Shown: positions 49,806 through 58,728 of the stretch, one piece after another | How the letters are laid out: every line of letters begins with the position of its first letter | How positions within the stretch are numbered: position 1 is the first letter of the stretch | NCBI GenBank assembly: GCA_965262915.1 | Contig: OZ253564.1 | Location: forward strand, 64,001-128,000 | Length of the DNA stretch: 64,000 bases | Direction of reading: 5' to 3' | Origin: Candidatus Spongiisociaceae bacterium | Lineage (GTDB): Bacteria > Actinomycetota > Acidimicrobiia > Spongiisociales > Spongiisociaceae | The notes under the pieces: model-generated | The model's database searches: none | What the model was told of the DNA's origin: nothing | Seen by the model: the letters and a program-made list of their open reading frames with translations, nothing else | Program-made: the position numbers and the translations under genes

Positions 49806-51553
49806 GATCCCTCTCCTTGGTGCAGCGTGAAGGTTAACGATGATTCCCGTCCCGGTTCGTGGCAGATGCCGTGCATGGCCGCTATCCCGTCCCAGGTCGG
49901 GGTCGTCGCGGGCAGGTCTCCGGTCTGGGGGTTGACATCGAAAGCCGGGAAGGCGCCGCTGGTGACGTGGAGGCGCAACTGGTCACCCGGGCGGATCAGC
50001 GCGGCGGTGGATTGCATGTGGATCTCCACCTCGGCGACACCGTCCTCGTCCCGGCCCTCGGCCAGGTCCTCGGCCGTCATCCGCCTGATCCCGTCGCTGA
50101 TGTTGAGCGACCTGCCGTTGTGGACCAGGCAGAGCCGGGTGACGTAGTCGGCGGAGACCGCTTCGGTGGCGGTCCACAGCCGGGCAGTGACCGGTCCGGC
50201 AAGGGTAGCCTCTCCGGTGAAGGGCTCGGTCGAGTAGACCAGGATCTCGGGCAACCTCTCCAGGAAATGTTGGCTGCGCGGCCCGGCCGGCATGGCGTTC
50301 TCGTCGCAGCAGGTGTGGCCACCGGCGGCGGCCACCGGGATACGGGGAACGAAGTGGTACAGGTCGGCCGGTTCCGGCTCCTCCGGAGGCGTATCGTCGA
50401 GGCGACCGTCGCCGCCCACCGTGTTGGCCGTTCCATCCGAGCGCAGGTACAGGGTGGTCTCGGTACCCGGCGGGGGCCACGAGGCAATGTCGTGCCAGCG
50501 GTTCTCGAACAGTACGTAGTACCGGGCGCGGCTCTCGTTGGCCTCCGGAGCCTCCCCCGAGAGATGCCGGTGGAAGAAGTCGACCTGCACGCGGTCCAGG
50601 TTCACCGTACCTCTGGCCTGCGGTCCGAGGATCAGGTCTCCGATGCACTCGCCGCCCGGGAGGTGGCCCCACGGACCGATGATCAGCCATTGCTCCGGGC
50701 CGTCCGGCCGTGCGGCCAGTTCTCTGTAGGCGACCAGAGCCCCCTCGAGAAATGTGTCGAACCAGGCGCCGATGTGCAGCACGGCACACTGCACCGAGTC
50801 CATTCGGTGGAGGGCGCTGCGTTCCTTCCAGAAGGCGTCGTTGGTCGGGTGTTCCAGCCACTCCCTGTAGAAGTCGGCGTTCTCCAGCGGCTCGAGATCC
50901 GCCGGCGGCGCCGAGCCGAGCCAGGCGCCGGCCTGCGATGGCACGGACCGTATCGCCTTGCCTCGCGCCGTCAACTGGGGGTCGCCCCGGCGGACGCCGA
51001 TCTCCATCAGCAGAGCAGCCGTCCAGTGGGGGACGAACAGGCGCAGGGCGCCCCCTTCGTAGGTCCAGTGGCTGTAGAGATCGGCGGCGGCCACGGTGGG
51101 GGAAATCGCGCCCAGGCTCGGGGGACCCTCGGCGGCCGCCAGGTACTGCACCATGCCGGGATAGCTGGCGCCGTACATCCCGACCCGTCCGTTCGAACCC
51201 TCGAGCCGGGCTGACCACTCGACGGTGTCGTAACCGTCGGCCAACTCGTTGAGGTAGGGGACGAACTCGCCGTCGGAACCGAACCGGCCCCGCACGTCCT
51301 GGACCACGACCACGAAGCCGTGTCTCACGTACCAGCCCGGGTGCAGGTAGTGGCCGTCGTGTACGAAGTCCTTGCCGTAGGGCGTGCGGTGCAACAGCAC
51401 CGGCCACGGACCGTCACCCAGCGGGCGGTATATGTCGCTTCGGAGAGTGACCCCGTCCCGGGTCTCCATCTCGACATTGCGTTCGAGGTCGACCCCGGCC
51501 CAGGTATGGGTCCGCCTTGAGTAGGGCTGTAGCAACGATGCCTTGTCGGACAT
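49802..51553 (-). CDS. CocE/NonD family hydrolase
   Basis: RDGVTLRSDIYRP, RTPYGK, QDVRGRFGSDG, GASY nucleophile, WFD, GPWGH, PepX_C domain. Confidence 0.93.
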   Translation of the reverse strand: MSDKASLLQPYSRRTHTWAGVDLERNVEMETRDGVTLRSDIYRPLGDGPWPVLLHRTPYGKDFVHDGHYLHPGWYVRHGFVVVVQDVRGRFGSDGEFVPYLNELADGYDTVEWSARLEGSNGRVGMYGASYPGMVQYLAAAEGPPSLGAISPTVAAADLYSHWTYEGGALRLFVPHWTAALLMEIGVRRGDPQLTARGKAIRSVPSQAGAWLGSAPPADLEPLENADFYREWLEHPTNDAFWKERSALHRMDSVQCAVLHIGAWFDTFLEGALVAYRELAARPDGPEQWLIIGPWGHLPGGECIGDLILGPQARGTVNLDRVQVDFFHRHLSGEAPEANESRARYYVLFENRWHDIASWPPPGTETTLYLRSDGTANTVGGDGRLDDTPPEEPEPADLYHFVPRIPVAAAGGHTCCDENAMPAGPRSQHFLERLPEILVYSTEPFTGEATLAGPVTARLWTATEAVSADYVTRLCLVHNGRSLNISDGIRRMTAEDLAEGRDEDGVAEVEIHMQSTAALIRPGDQLRLHVTSGAFPAFDVNPQTGDLPATTPTWDGIAAMHGICHEPGRESSLTFTLHQGEGS

Positions 51554-51583
51554 CAGACCTCCATTCCTCGACCGGCGGTCATC

Positions 51584-52465
51584 TCACTCCGTATCGGTGT
51601 CGGCCACGCCGAGCAGGCCCGCGGTCTGGCTCAGCACCCGGTAACGGCGCTCGAAGACTCGACGCATCACCTCGGCGCCCACCACCACGAGGAGCGAGAC
51701 GGTCACCACGATCACCGAGATGGCGATGACCTGTGGCACGTCCACCGGGTACTGGAGTTGGGCGAGCACGTAGATCGGGAAGGTGGTCGTGGGACCGCTG
51801 ACGAACACCGCCACCGCGAACTCGTTGAACGAGATGATGAACGAGATCACATACGCCGCCACCAGGGCGGGAGCAATGAGGGGCAGGATGATGGTACGGA
51901 AGGTTCTCCACCCGCTGGCCCCCAAGTCCTGGGCGGCCTCCTCGAGGTGGGCGTCGATGCGTTGCAGGCGGGGTATCAGGATCAGGACGATCAGCGGCAT
52001 CAACACCACCACGTGCCCGATAGCCACGGAGGGAAGGGAAAGGGGAAACTCGAGGGCGCCGTTGGTTATGACTTCAACGCTCTTGAAGGTGATCAGCAAC
52101 GCGACGCCGAACACCAGATGGGGTACCACCAGCGGGCTGAGCACCAGGGCCATGATCGGCCCCTTGGCCTTGAACTTGCGCCTGGCCAGAGGGATGGCCA
52201 TCAGGAGGCCCACCACGGTGGCAGCGGTGCTCGACATCAGGGCAATCGTCGCGCTGGTTCGCATGGAGAGCAGGAGGCCGCGGTTGGTGAGGGCCTCCGT
52301 GTACCAGTCGGTGGTGAACCCGGAGAAGGGGAACCCGATCACCGTGCCCTGGTTGAACGAGAAGATGTAGAGCATGGTGATGGGGGCGTAGAGAAAGATG
52401 ATCTCGAAGACGAATAGCCCTATCAGGGCCCGTTTAGCCCACTTGGAGGTGGCGATGTCGATCAT
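51584..52465 (-). CDS. potC: ABC permease (PotC-like)
   Basis: FLYAPI...FSFN...FSGFTTDWY, EEAAQDLGA, SFNEF; ATG 52465 overlaps the upstream stop. Confidence 0.88.
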   Translation of the reverse strand: MIDIATSKWAKRALIGLFVFEIIFLYAPITMLYIFSFNQGTVIGFPFSGFTTDWYTEALTNRGLLLSMRTSATIALMSSTAATVVGLLMAIPLARRKFKAKGPIMALVLSPLVVPHLVFGVALLITFKSVEVITNGALEFPLSLPSVAIGHVVVLMPLIVLILIPRLQRIDAHLEEAAQDLGASGWRTFRTIILPLIAPALVAAYVISFIISFNEFAVAVFVSGPTTTFPIYVLAQLQYPVDVPQVIAISVIVVTVSLLVVVGAEVMRRVFERRYRVLSQTAGLLGVADTDTE

Positions 52466-53442
52466 GACTCGGCCAGCTTCCCGAAGCGCACCAGGCGCAT
52501 GAACACCAGCGCTAGGACGAACACCGCCATTACCAGCCACAGGGAGAGTACGGATCCGGTCCGCCAGTCGAGGCCCATGCCGAACAGGTCGTCGATTGCG
52601 CTCCCGAACATGTAACCCCTGGTCCCTCCCACCAGCTTGGGCACCACGAACTCCCCGATGGTCGGGATGAAGACGAAGAAGAAGGACGCCACCACTCCGG
52701 GAAGGCTGAGCGGGAAGGTCACCTTCCAGAAGGCCCGCCACCGGCTCGCCCCCAGGTCGGCGGCGGCCTCCAGCAGCCGGCGGTCCATGCTGATCATCGC
52801 CGCGAACATCGGGAGCATGACGAAGGGGATCCACACGTATCCCAGCACGATCATGACCGGAACCTCCCCGAAGGCGAGGCTCTCGATGGGGTCCCCCACC
52901 TCGCGCAGACCCGACCAGAACAGGAAGGAGTTGATCACCCCCTGCTTGCCCAGCAGCACCTTCCAGGCCATAACCCGCATGAAGAAGTTGGTCATGAAGG
53001 GAGCGATCATCAGGAGCAGCAACGAGTACTTGTACTTGTCGGCGATCATCGCCAGGAAGTAGGAGATCGGGTAGGCAAGGATCACCACGGCTATCGCCAC
53101 GATCAGAGCCATCCGGAACGACTTCCAGAACAGCAGCATGTAGACGCTCTCGCCGGAGAAGAGCAGCCGCCAACTCTCCAGGCTGACCCCCTCCTCCTTG
53201 GTGAAGGTGGCCAGTATCCCGACGCTGTACGCGACAACCAGCGAAACCGGGATCACGAAGAACAGCAACAACCAACCGAGCGGCAACGCCAGCAGGGAGC
53301 GCGTCACCCGATGACGGCGGCGCGCCAGACTGGCCACGCGACCCCCCTTCCCGGAAGTGTCGTTCTCTGATACCACGGCGCTCAATGGTAGGGGTCGGCG
53401 GGTCTCACTGCCTACCGACCCGAGAGGATGCCGGGCAGACAC
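52462..53442 (-). CDS. potB: ABC permease (PotB-like)
   Basis: AYPISY, GVINS, YVWIPFVMLP, LLEAAADLGA, FIPTIGEFVVPKLVGG; start uncertain. Confidence 0.88.
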   Translation of the reverse strand: MSARHPLGSVGSETRRPLPLSAVVSENDTSGKGGRVASLARRRHRVTRSLLALPLGWLLLFFVIPVSLVVAYSVGILATFTKEEGVSLESWRLLFSGESVYMLLFWKSFRMALIVAIAVVILAYPISYFLAMIADKYKYSLLLLMIAPFMTNFFMRVMAWKVLLGKQGVINSFLFWSGLREVGDPIESLAFGEVPVMIVLGYVWIPFVMLPMFAAMISMDRRLLEAAADLGASRWRAFWKVTFPLSLPGVVASFFFVFIPTIGEFVVPKLVGGTRGYMFGSAIDDLFGMGLDWRTGSVLSLWLVMAVFVLALVFMRLVRFGKLAES

Positions 53443-53526
53443 GTGGTCTCATCGGCTACCGGAACCCGACGGGGCTCTCCGGTCGGAGCCGACTGTCGCC
53501 CGTCGGCAACCCGGCACCCTCCTGAC

Positions 53527-53694
53527 TTGGTGGTCTGTCTGCAAAACAATTTGCTGTGCCCTGCTAGCCACCGGCGCCCCTCGCTGCGTTCCGCCTCCTC
53601 GATGTACCGCTGCGGGTACACCTTCGTCGGCGGGCCTTGCGACGAACACCGCTGGCGGCGCATGCCACAACGCCACTTCACAGACAGACCACAG
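53527..53694 (-). repeat. Dispersed MITE-like repeat, full copy in reverse orientation
   Basis: GTGGTCTGTCTGCAAAA...CGTTCCGCCTCCTCGATGTACCGC...CCTTCGTCGGCG...TTCACAGACAGACCAC. Confidence 0.88.
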
Positions 53695-53706
53695 ATTGAC
53701 TGCGGA

Positions 53707-54942
53707 TCAGACTCCGGCCGAGGCCTTGACCTCGATCCACGCGTCGTTCAGCCTGTCGATGTCGGCCATCTTGTCGAGCAGCGAAACCCCGTCCAGTGCG
53801 GCGGGGTTACCCAGTCCCATCACGTCCACCAACAACGGGTTGTCGACGGCGGTGGCCTTCAGGTTGGAGTTCCCGAAGTTGAACTTGTTCGAGATGGTCA
53901 GGGCCGCCTCGACGCTGACCGCCGCGTTCACCCACTCGTGAGCGTGGTAGTACTGATCGGCGCCGGCCATCAGGAAGTAACCGCACGAGAACCCGATGAA
54001 GCCCTCGTCCGGGGTGACGAAGGCGATATCGACGCCTTGTTTGGTCAGCTCGACCCACTGGGTGGGCGCGACGTAGGACGCCACGATGTTGCCCGTAGCC
54101 AGATCCGTCTGGTTGGTGGCCAGATCACTGTACAGAGTAGCAGGCACGACCTTGATCTTCGCCTTCAGGAACTCGACGAGGCGGTCCAGCTCCTCATCGG
54201 TCGGATCGAGCGGGTTGGCCACGTTGTTCTCAGGAAGCTTGCCGGCTACCACGAACCACTCGGCCGAGTCCGTCCAGCTGACCTTCCCCGCCAGGTCCTC
54301 GTCGAAGAGGATGGAGTAGGAGTTCTCCTTGGGCGTGTACAGATCCGCCCGGTAGATCGGGATCGCCAGACCGTACAGCAGAGGAATGGCGTACTGCTTG
54401 CCATCCCGCGAGGTGGCTGCGGTGAGGTTCGGGTTCAGATCCTTGAAGTTCGGGATCAGATCCGTATCCCACGCCTGCACCAGACCCTCGCTCACCGCGG
54501 TGTCGAACACCGCGAAACACGGGTTCCAGATATCCGGCTCGATGGCGCCGAGCTGCAACTCACCCAGAGACGCGAAGCTTCCGGCAGTCGCGGCGAACTG
54601 CGGCTCGGGGAACCTGCCCAGATAGCCGGGCCACTGGGTCGGGACTTCCCGTCCGGGCGGGGCGTAGATGAGGAGGTCGGCGCCGTTCTCCGCCGCCAAC
54701 CCCGCATCACGTGGGCTGAGCGTGGTGGTGGGCGCCTCCTCGATGACGGTCTCGGTGACGGTGATGGTCTCCGTCTCGGTGACGATCGATGTCACCACCA
54801 CCGTTTCAGGGACGGGCGCCGGAGCGGGTTCGTCATCGCCACAGGCGGCCAGCACGGCCGGCATGGCACCCGCGACGACCGCCCCTTTACCGGCTAGCTT
54901 TACGAAGTCCCTCCTGCTGATCGGATCGCGGCCGTCTGACAT
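53707..54942 (-). CDS. Tat-exported lipoprotein, PotD-like ABC substrate-binding protein
   Basis: SRRDFVK twin-arginine motif, LAAC lipobox, DLIPNFKDL, GKQYAIP, PDEG; GAGGAGG RBS. Confidence 0.85.
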   Translation of the reverse strand: MSDGRDPISRRDFVKLAGKGAVVAGAMPAVLAACGDDEPAPAPVPETVVVTSIVTETETITVTETVIEEAPTTTLSPRDAGLAAENGADLLIYAPPGREVPTQWPGYLGRFPEPQFAATAGSFASLGELQLGAIEPDIWNPCFAVFDTAVSEGLVQAWDTDLIPNFKDLNPNLTAATSRDGKQYAIPLLYGLAIPIYRADLYTPKENSYSILFDEDLAGKVSWTDSAEWFVVAGKLPENNVANPLDPTDEELDRLVEFLKAKIKVVPATLYSDLATNQTDLATGNIVASYVAPTQWVELTKQGVDIAFVTPDEGFIGFSCGYFLMAGADQYYHAHEWVNAAVSVEAALTISNKFNFGNSNLKATAVDNPLLVDVMGLGNPAALDGVSLLDKMADIDRLNDAWIEVKASAGV

Positions 54943-54973
54943 GGGTACCCTCCTCCTCGGATCGCTTGGTCGA

Positions 54974-56707
54974 TTATCGCCTCAGCGGAGGGTACACGCA
55001 ACTGGTTTTGCACCTTGACGCGGGCCCGGCTAGCTGAGTGACCCGGACGCCTTCGTTTTCACCATAGTGAGCAGCGCATAGTTTTTTGCCGATGAGTTCG
55101 AGTTTTCCTTCGTCGCGCAAGCGTCGCAGTAGGCGGCTGGCCCTCTCAGAAGTGATCTGGCACAGATCGGCCGCTTCACGGCGTGCGATGGAGCCGTGGC
55201 GATCGACAAAAGTCAGCACCATCTGCTCCTGCTGGATTTCGTCGAAACCCCTAACACGTACGTATTCCGCGAGTTCCCCGAAGCGGCGATAGAGGCTAGG
55301 GGCGAGATTGTAGGTACGAGCCTTGGTCCGGCCGCGGGCCTCGACGAGTCCACGGTCGGCGAGACGGTTGAGAACGGCGCGCGCCTCACGTTCGCCGACT
55401 TGAAGAAGCTCGGCCGCCCGAGCGGTCGTGATGCGGCGTTCGATGCGAACCTCTTGAAGAACCAACAGGTCCTCGAGCGAGAACGGTCGACCACGCTGCC
55501 GGGCCTCGCCGATAAAACCGGCGAGTTCTTTGTCGGCGGGCCCCGGCCTGACCCGCACCACCACGCAAGTGGTGTTGCTCCGGCTGTAGTCAGGGGCTGG
55601 CCGTCCCAACTCCAGTTGGCTCTCGAAAGCTCGGTTGATGCCTCGGCCGGTACGCTCGACCAGCCCGGCGCGCTTAAAGGCGTCAGCCAGGGCAGGATTA
55701 CGGGCCCGTGGCGGCGTCGTCAGCAAGTTCGAAATGGTAACTCCCTCTGGAAAGCCGCCGGGGTTGAATACGGTGAGGCCCGCATTGCTGACCTCGACAA
55801 GCGTGGAACCTGACGCGGTGTAGTCGCGGTGTACGAGGGCGTTCGCGATCAGTTCACGAACCGCAACATCGGAGAAACGCGGGAGCGGGAGCCGAAGCAA
55901 CCCTATCTCGATCTCCTCCTCGGGGTTGCGGGCCTTGACCCGGTCATACATCTCGACCATCGCCCGCAGGAGTGGGGTACGACTGATCTCGTTGTTGCGA
56001 ACTTCAAGGCCATCGAGTTCCTGGAATCCGATCTCGTAGGCGGGAAGGTGGCGTCTGATAGCTTCCTCGCTTCCGAACAGCAGGAGGGAACCTACGGTCA
56101 ACTCACCAGCACTACTGAGAAGATCAAGGGCCCCGAGAAGGTCGGGATCGGAAAAGTTTGCGAGAATTCCGTCGCCGCCGGTGCTGGCCAGCTCGCGAAA
56201 CCGAGCCAACTCGGTAGTCGATAGGTCATCGATGCCGACGTCTCTAATCGGGACTTTGGAGAAGTCTTGAGCACCAACGCTACTGACGCGAGCCAGCACC
56301 TCGTGGGGCTCCATCGGTAGACATTGCGGCTTACCCTTAGCATCGATCGTCCGTCGAAGATACTTCCCGCCGCTGGTGGCCACCACGGTTGGAGGCGTAG
56401 GGACACGTATCACGAGTACATCGCCACCATCGGTGGTAGCGACCGCTGCCGAAACGTCGACAGAAGGCCGGGTTCGGCTCAGGATCAGCGCTTCGACTCG
56501 AGTAGGGTCGGTATTGGTACCGTGTCGCGGCTCCGAACCGATCACCCGCCCGCTGTCAGCAACGCCCACAAGTAAATATCCCCCGCTACCGTTGGCAAGG
56601 CACACCACCGCCTCTACGAGTTCGGTATCGTTGGCTTGCTCCTTGAATTCGACCGTTCTGCTCTCACCATCGGTCAGAAGACGTCGAAGCTTCGGCGTAT
56701 CCATCAT
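54974..56707 (-). CDS. AlbA_2 (Schlafen-like) + HATPase_c_4 (RecG C-terminal-like) + HTH protein
   Basis: GESRTVEFK...VCLANGSGGYLLVGVADSG; RELIANALVHRDY, NPGGF, RNPALADAF...VERTGRG; terminal wHTH repeats. Confidence 0.88.
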   Translation of the reverse strand: MMDTPKLRRLLTDGESRTVEFKEQANDTELVEAVVCLANGSGGYLLVGVADSGRVIGSEPRHGTNTDPTRVEALILSRTRPSVDVSAAVATTDGGDVLVIRVPTPPTVVATSGGKYLRRTIDAKGKPQCLPMEPHEVLARVSSVGAQDFSKVPIRDVGIDDLSTTELARFRELASTGGDGILANFSDPDLLGALDLLSSAGELTVGSLLLFGSEEAIRRHLPAYEIGFQELDGLEVRNNEISRTPLLRAMVEMYDRVKARNPEEEIEIGLLRLPLPRFSDVAVRELIANALVHRDYTASGSTLVEVSNAGLTVFNPGGFPEGVTISNLLTTPPRARNPALADAFKRAGLVERTGRGINRAFESQLELGRPAPDYSRSNTTCVVVRVRPGPADKELAGFIGEARQRGRPFSLEDLLVLQEVRIERRITTARAAELLQVGEREARAVLNRLADRGLVEARGRTKARTYNLAPSLYRRFGELAEYVRVRGFDEIQQEQMVLTFVDRHGSIARREAADLCQITSERASRLLRRLRDEGKLELIGKKLCAAHYGENEGVRVTQLAGPASRCKTSCVYPPLRR

Positions 56708-56827
56708 ACGATCATACGCATAGTTTTACGTCTTTCTATAGATTTGCGCGTATGCCTTAAATTATGCATTCCACGCAAAGCGCGGACGCGGGCCGTAGTG
56801 GGTTGCGCGGAAACTGCGCCCCTGAGC

Positions 56828-57370
56828 CTACGCTCGGGCGCGTTCTATGCGGAGTTCCACTCCCTGGTTCTTCCAGACGAAATCGCCCGCCCGGCGAAAG
56901 GCTTCCATGCCGTCGGCCGCCACCCGGGCGAAGACATTGGTGAGGCCGACGCCTCCCGTGTCCCCGTAGAACATGGCGATGATCATACGGTCCGGCCAGT
57001 AGGCGATGTTGCCGGCCTCCTGGGCCTTGTACTGGTTCTCCGGACCGAGGTAGGTCCTGATGGGGAACATGAGCTCGTCGCCGGCGAGGCGGGCGTGGTT
57101 GACGGTTCCCGACAGGGGGAGCAGATCATAGATGGCAGACGCGGTTGCCGGCGCCTCGTCGAAGAGCATCGTCGCGCGGATCTGCTCGCCGGCCACCAAG
57201 ATGGCGATGTCACCCTTGCGGTCCTTCGGTCCCTCGATGATGCGGAGCCCGGCCAGGTTGGCCTCGTCCCGCGCCGCTGCGGTGATGATGGTGGGGGGCT
57301 CGGCAACCAACTCGGTCTTGCCCTGCCGGATCAGGGCCCGGATATCCTCGGTGGTCAGTATCTGGCGCAT
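56828..57370 (-). CDS. Cyclophilin-like fold (DUF3830 / McbB N-domain-like) protein with EutQ-N-like leader
   Basis: APATASAIYDLLP...HARLAGDE...PEN...GNIAYWP...FYG...NVFARV; leader MRQILTTEDIR...IITAAARDEA. Confidence 0.78.
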   Translation of the reverse strand: MRQILTTEDIRALIRQGKTELVAEPPTIITAAARDEANLAGLRIIEGPKDRKGDIAILVAGEQIRATMLFDEAPATASAIYDLLPLSGTVNHARLAGDELMFPIRTYLGPENQYKAQEAGNIAYWPDRMIIAMFYGDTGGVGLTNVFARVAADGMEAFRRAGDFVWKNQGVELRIERARA

Positions 57371-57374
57371 CGGT

Positions 57375-58010
57375 TCATCTCTCTCCGAGAGCCTCGAGCG
57401 CTACCCGGTGCCCGATCTCCACCTCGGCTTCGCTCCCGGCGAGGATCAGGCGGCCGCTGGCGCCATGGAGCCTCACGAGCACCATGCGCAGCGAAGTGTG
57501 CTTCTCGACCTCGTTGGCGGCCAGCGCCACATAGGCGGCCGGCGCCGTCTCCACGACCAGCATCGCATCGCCTTCCCTGAGCCGGTCGCGCACGCCCATC
57601 CGGTTCACCAGCCCGGCTTCCGTGGCGGTCACGTTGTTCACGATGCGGGTGGTCACCGACGAAGGGGCAATTCCCGGCGCCGAGGAACTGCCGATCATCG
57701 CCAGGATGATCGTTCCGGCATGGCGGACTGTGTCGGGGTTGGCCGAGTGGAGCTCGAGCGTCCCGTAGCGTCGCTCGGCGACCAGCATCGAGGAGTCGGT
57801 CTCGGTGTTCTTCAGCGCCGCGTTGGCCAGGGAGAAGACCAACGTCGCCGGCGCCACCTCCACGTACAGCTGTGACATCCCTTCCAATGCCGGACCTCGC
57901 TGCTCGTTCCGGCCCACGTATGCCGCCCAGGTGGGCTGCATCTTGTCGACGTACACATAGGCCCGCAGGGAGTTGCCGCCCCCGCTGCCCGATTGCCCTG
58001 GACTCGTCAC
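57375..58010 (-). CDS. BMC-T tandem shell protein, CcmP/CsoS1D (permuted, double-stacking) type
   Basis: LRAYVYVDKMQPTWAAYVG...LYVEVAPA...AALK...ERRYGTLELH...VETAPAAYVALAANEVEK...GASGRLILAG; GGAGG upstream of GTG 58010. Confidence 0.88.
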   Translation of the reverse strand: MTSPGQSGSGGGNSLRAYVYVDKMQPTWAAYVGRNEQRGPALEGMSQLYVEVAPATLVFSLANAALKNTETDSSMLVAERRYGTLELHSANPDTVRHAGTIILAMIGSSSAPGIAPSSVTTRIVNNVTATEAGLVNRMGVRDRLREGDAMLVVETAPAAYVALAANEVEKHTSLRMVLVRLHGASGRLILAGSEAEVEIGHRVALEALGER

Positions 58011-58011
58011 C

Positions 58012-58278
58012 TCAGCCTCCCGGATCGTGGCTTGCTTCGTCGACGATGCCGATGACGGTGGCATCCGTCGGGACCGACGCGGTAGCTTCGGGAACCCTCG
58101 CGGCGCTCCCCTGGGCAACCAGCACCAGGTCACCGGACCCGGCGCCCACAGTGTCCACGGCCACGAACGACGACCCCCGGCCGGCGCCCTCCGGCCGGAC
58201 CACCAGCAACTTGGCCCCTCCTATTCCGCCGGTGCGCACCGTCATGACAGTGGTTCCCGTAACACGGCACAACAACAT
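58012..58278 (-). CDS. BMC-P pentamer vertex protein (EutN/CcmL family)
   Basis: MLLCRVTGTTV...KLLVV...VAVDTVGAGSGDLVLVAQGSAAR...PTDATVIGIVD. Confidence 0.93.
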   Translation of the reverse strand: MLLCRVTGTTVMTVRTGGIGGAKLLVVRPEGAGRGSSFVAVDTVGAGSGDLVLVAQGSAARVPEATASVPTDATVIGIVDEASHDPGG

Positions 58279-58355
58279 CGATGCCTCCTCGCTCTCGCTC
58301 GGCTAGCTGGTCCCGGCCGGTTCGCGCTCGTGTCGCGCGAGCCGGCTCCGCAGGA

Positions 58356-58634
58356 TCAACCGCCCAGCAGTGCGCTGACCTTGCCCAAGTCCTCGTGGGG
58401 CTTGGGAATGAGATGGGCCGAAACGAGCTCACCGACCTTCTTGGCCGCGGCCGCGCCGACATCCACCGCCGACTTCACCGCGCCGACCTCGCCCTGCACC
58501 ATGATCGTGACGTAGCCGCCGCCGATCACGTCGCGGCCGATGATCTCGACGCGGGCCGCCTTGGCCATCGCGTCGGCCGCCTCGATCGAGCCGACCAGGC
58601 CACGGGTCTCGATCAACCCTAGAGCACCTTCCAT
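58356..58634 (-). CDS. BMC-H hexamer shell protein (EutM/PduA/CcmK family)
   Basis: ALGLIETRGLVGSIEAADAMAKAARV...GGGYVTIMVQGEVGAVKSAV...HLIPKPH. Confidence 0.96.
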   Translation of the reverse strand: MEGALGLIETRGLVGSIEAADAMAKAARVEIIGRDVIGGGYVTIMVQGEVGAVKSAVDVGAAAAKKVGELVSAHLIPKPHEDLGKVSALLGG

Positions 58635-58728
58635 TATCCGAACCTCCCCGGGAGATTGTTATCTGCTTGTCCGCGAAGCGTTTCGTCGTAGCCCACTGGC
58701 AACGCCGCCCGTCTCACAGACAGTCCAC

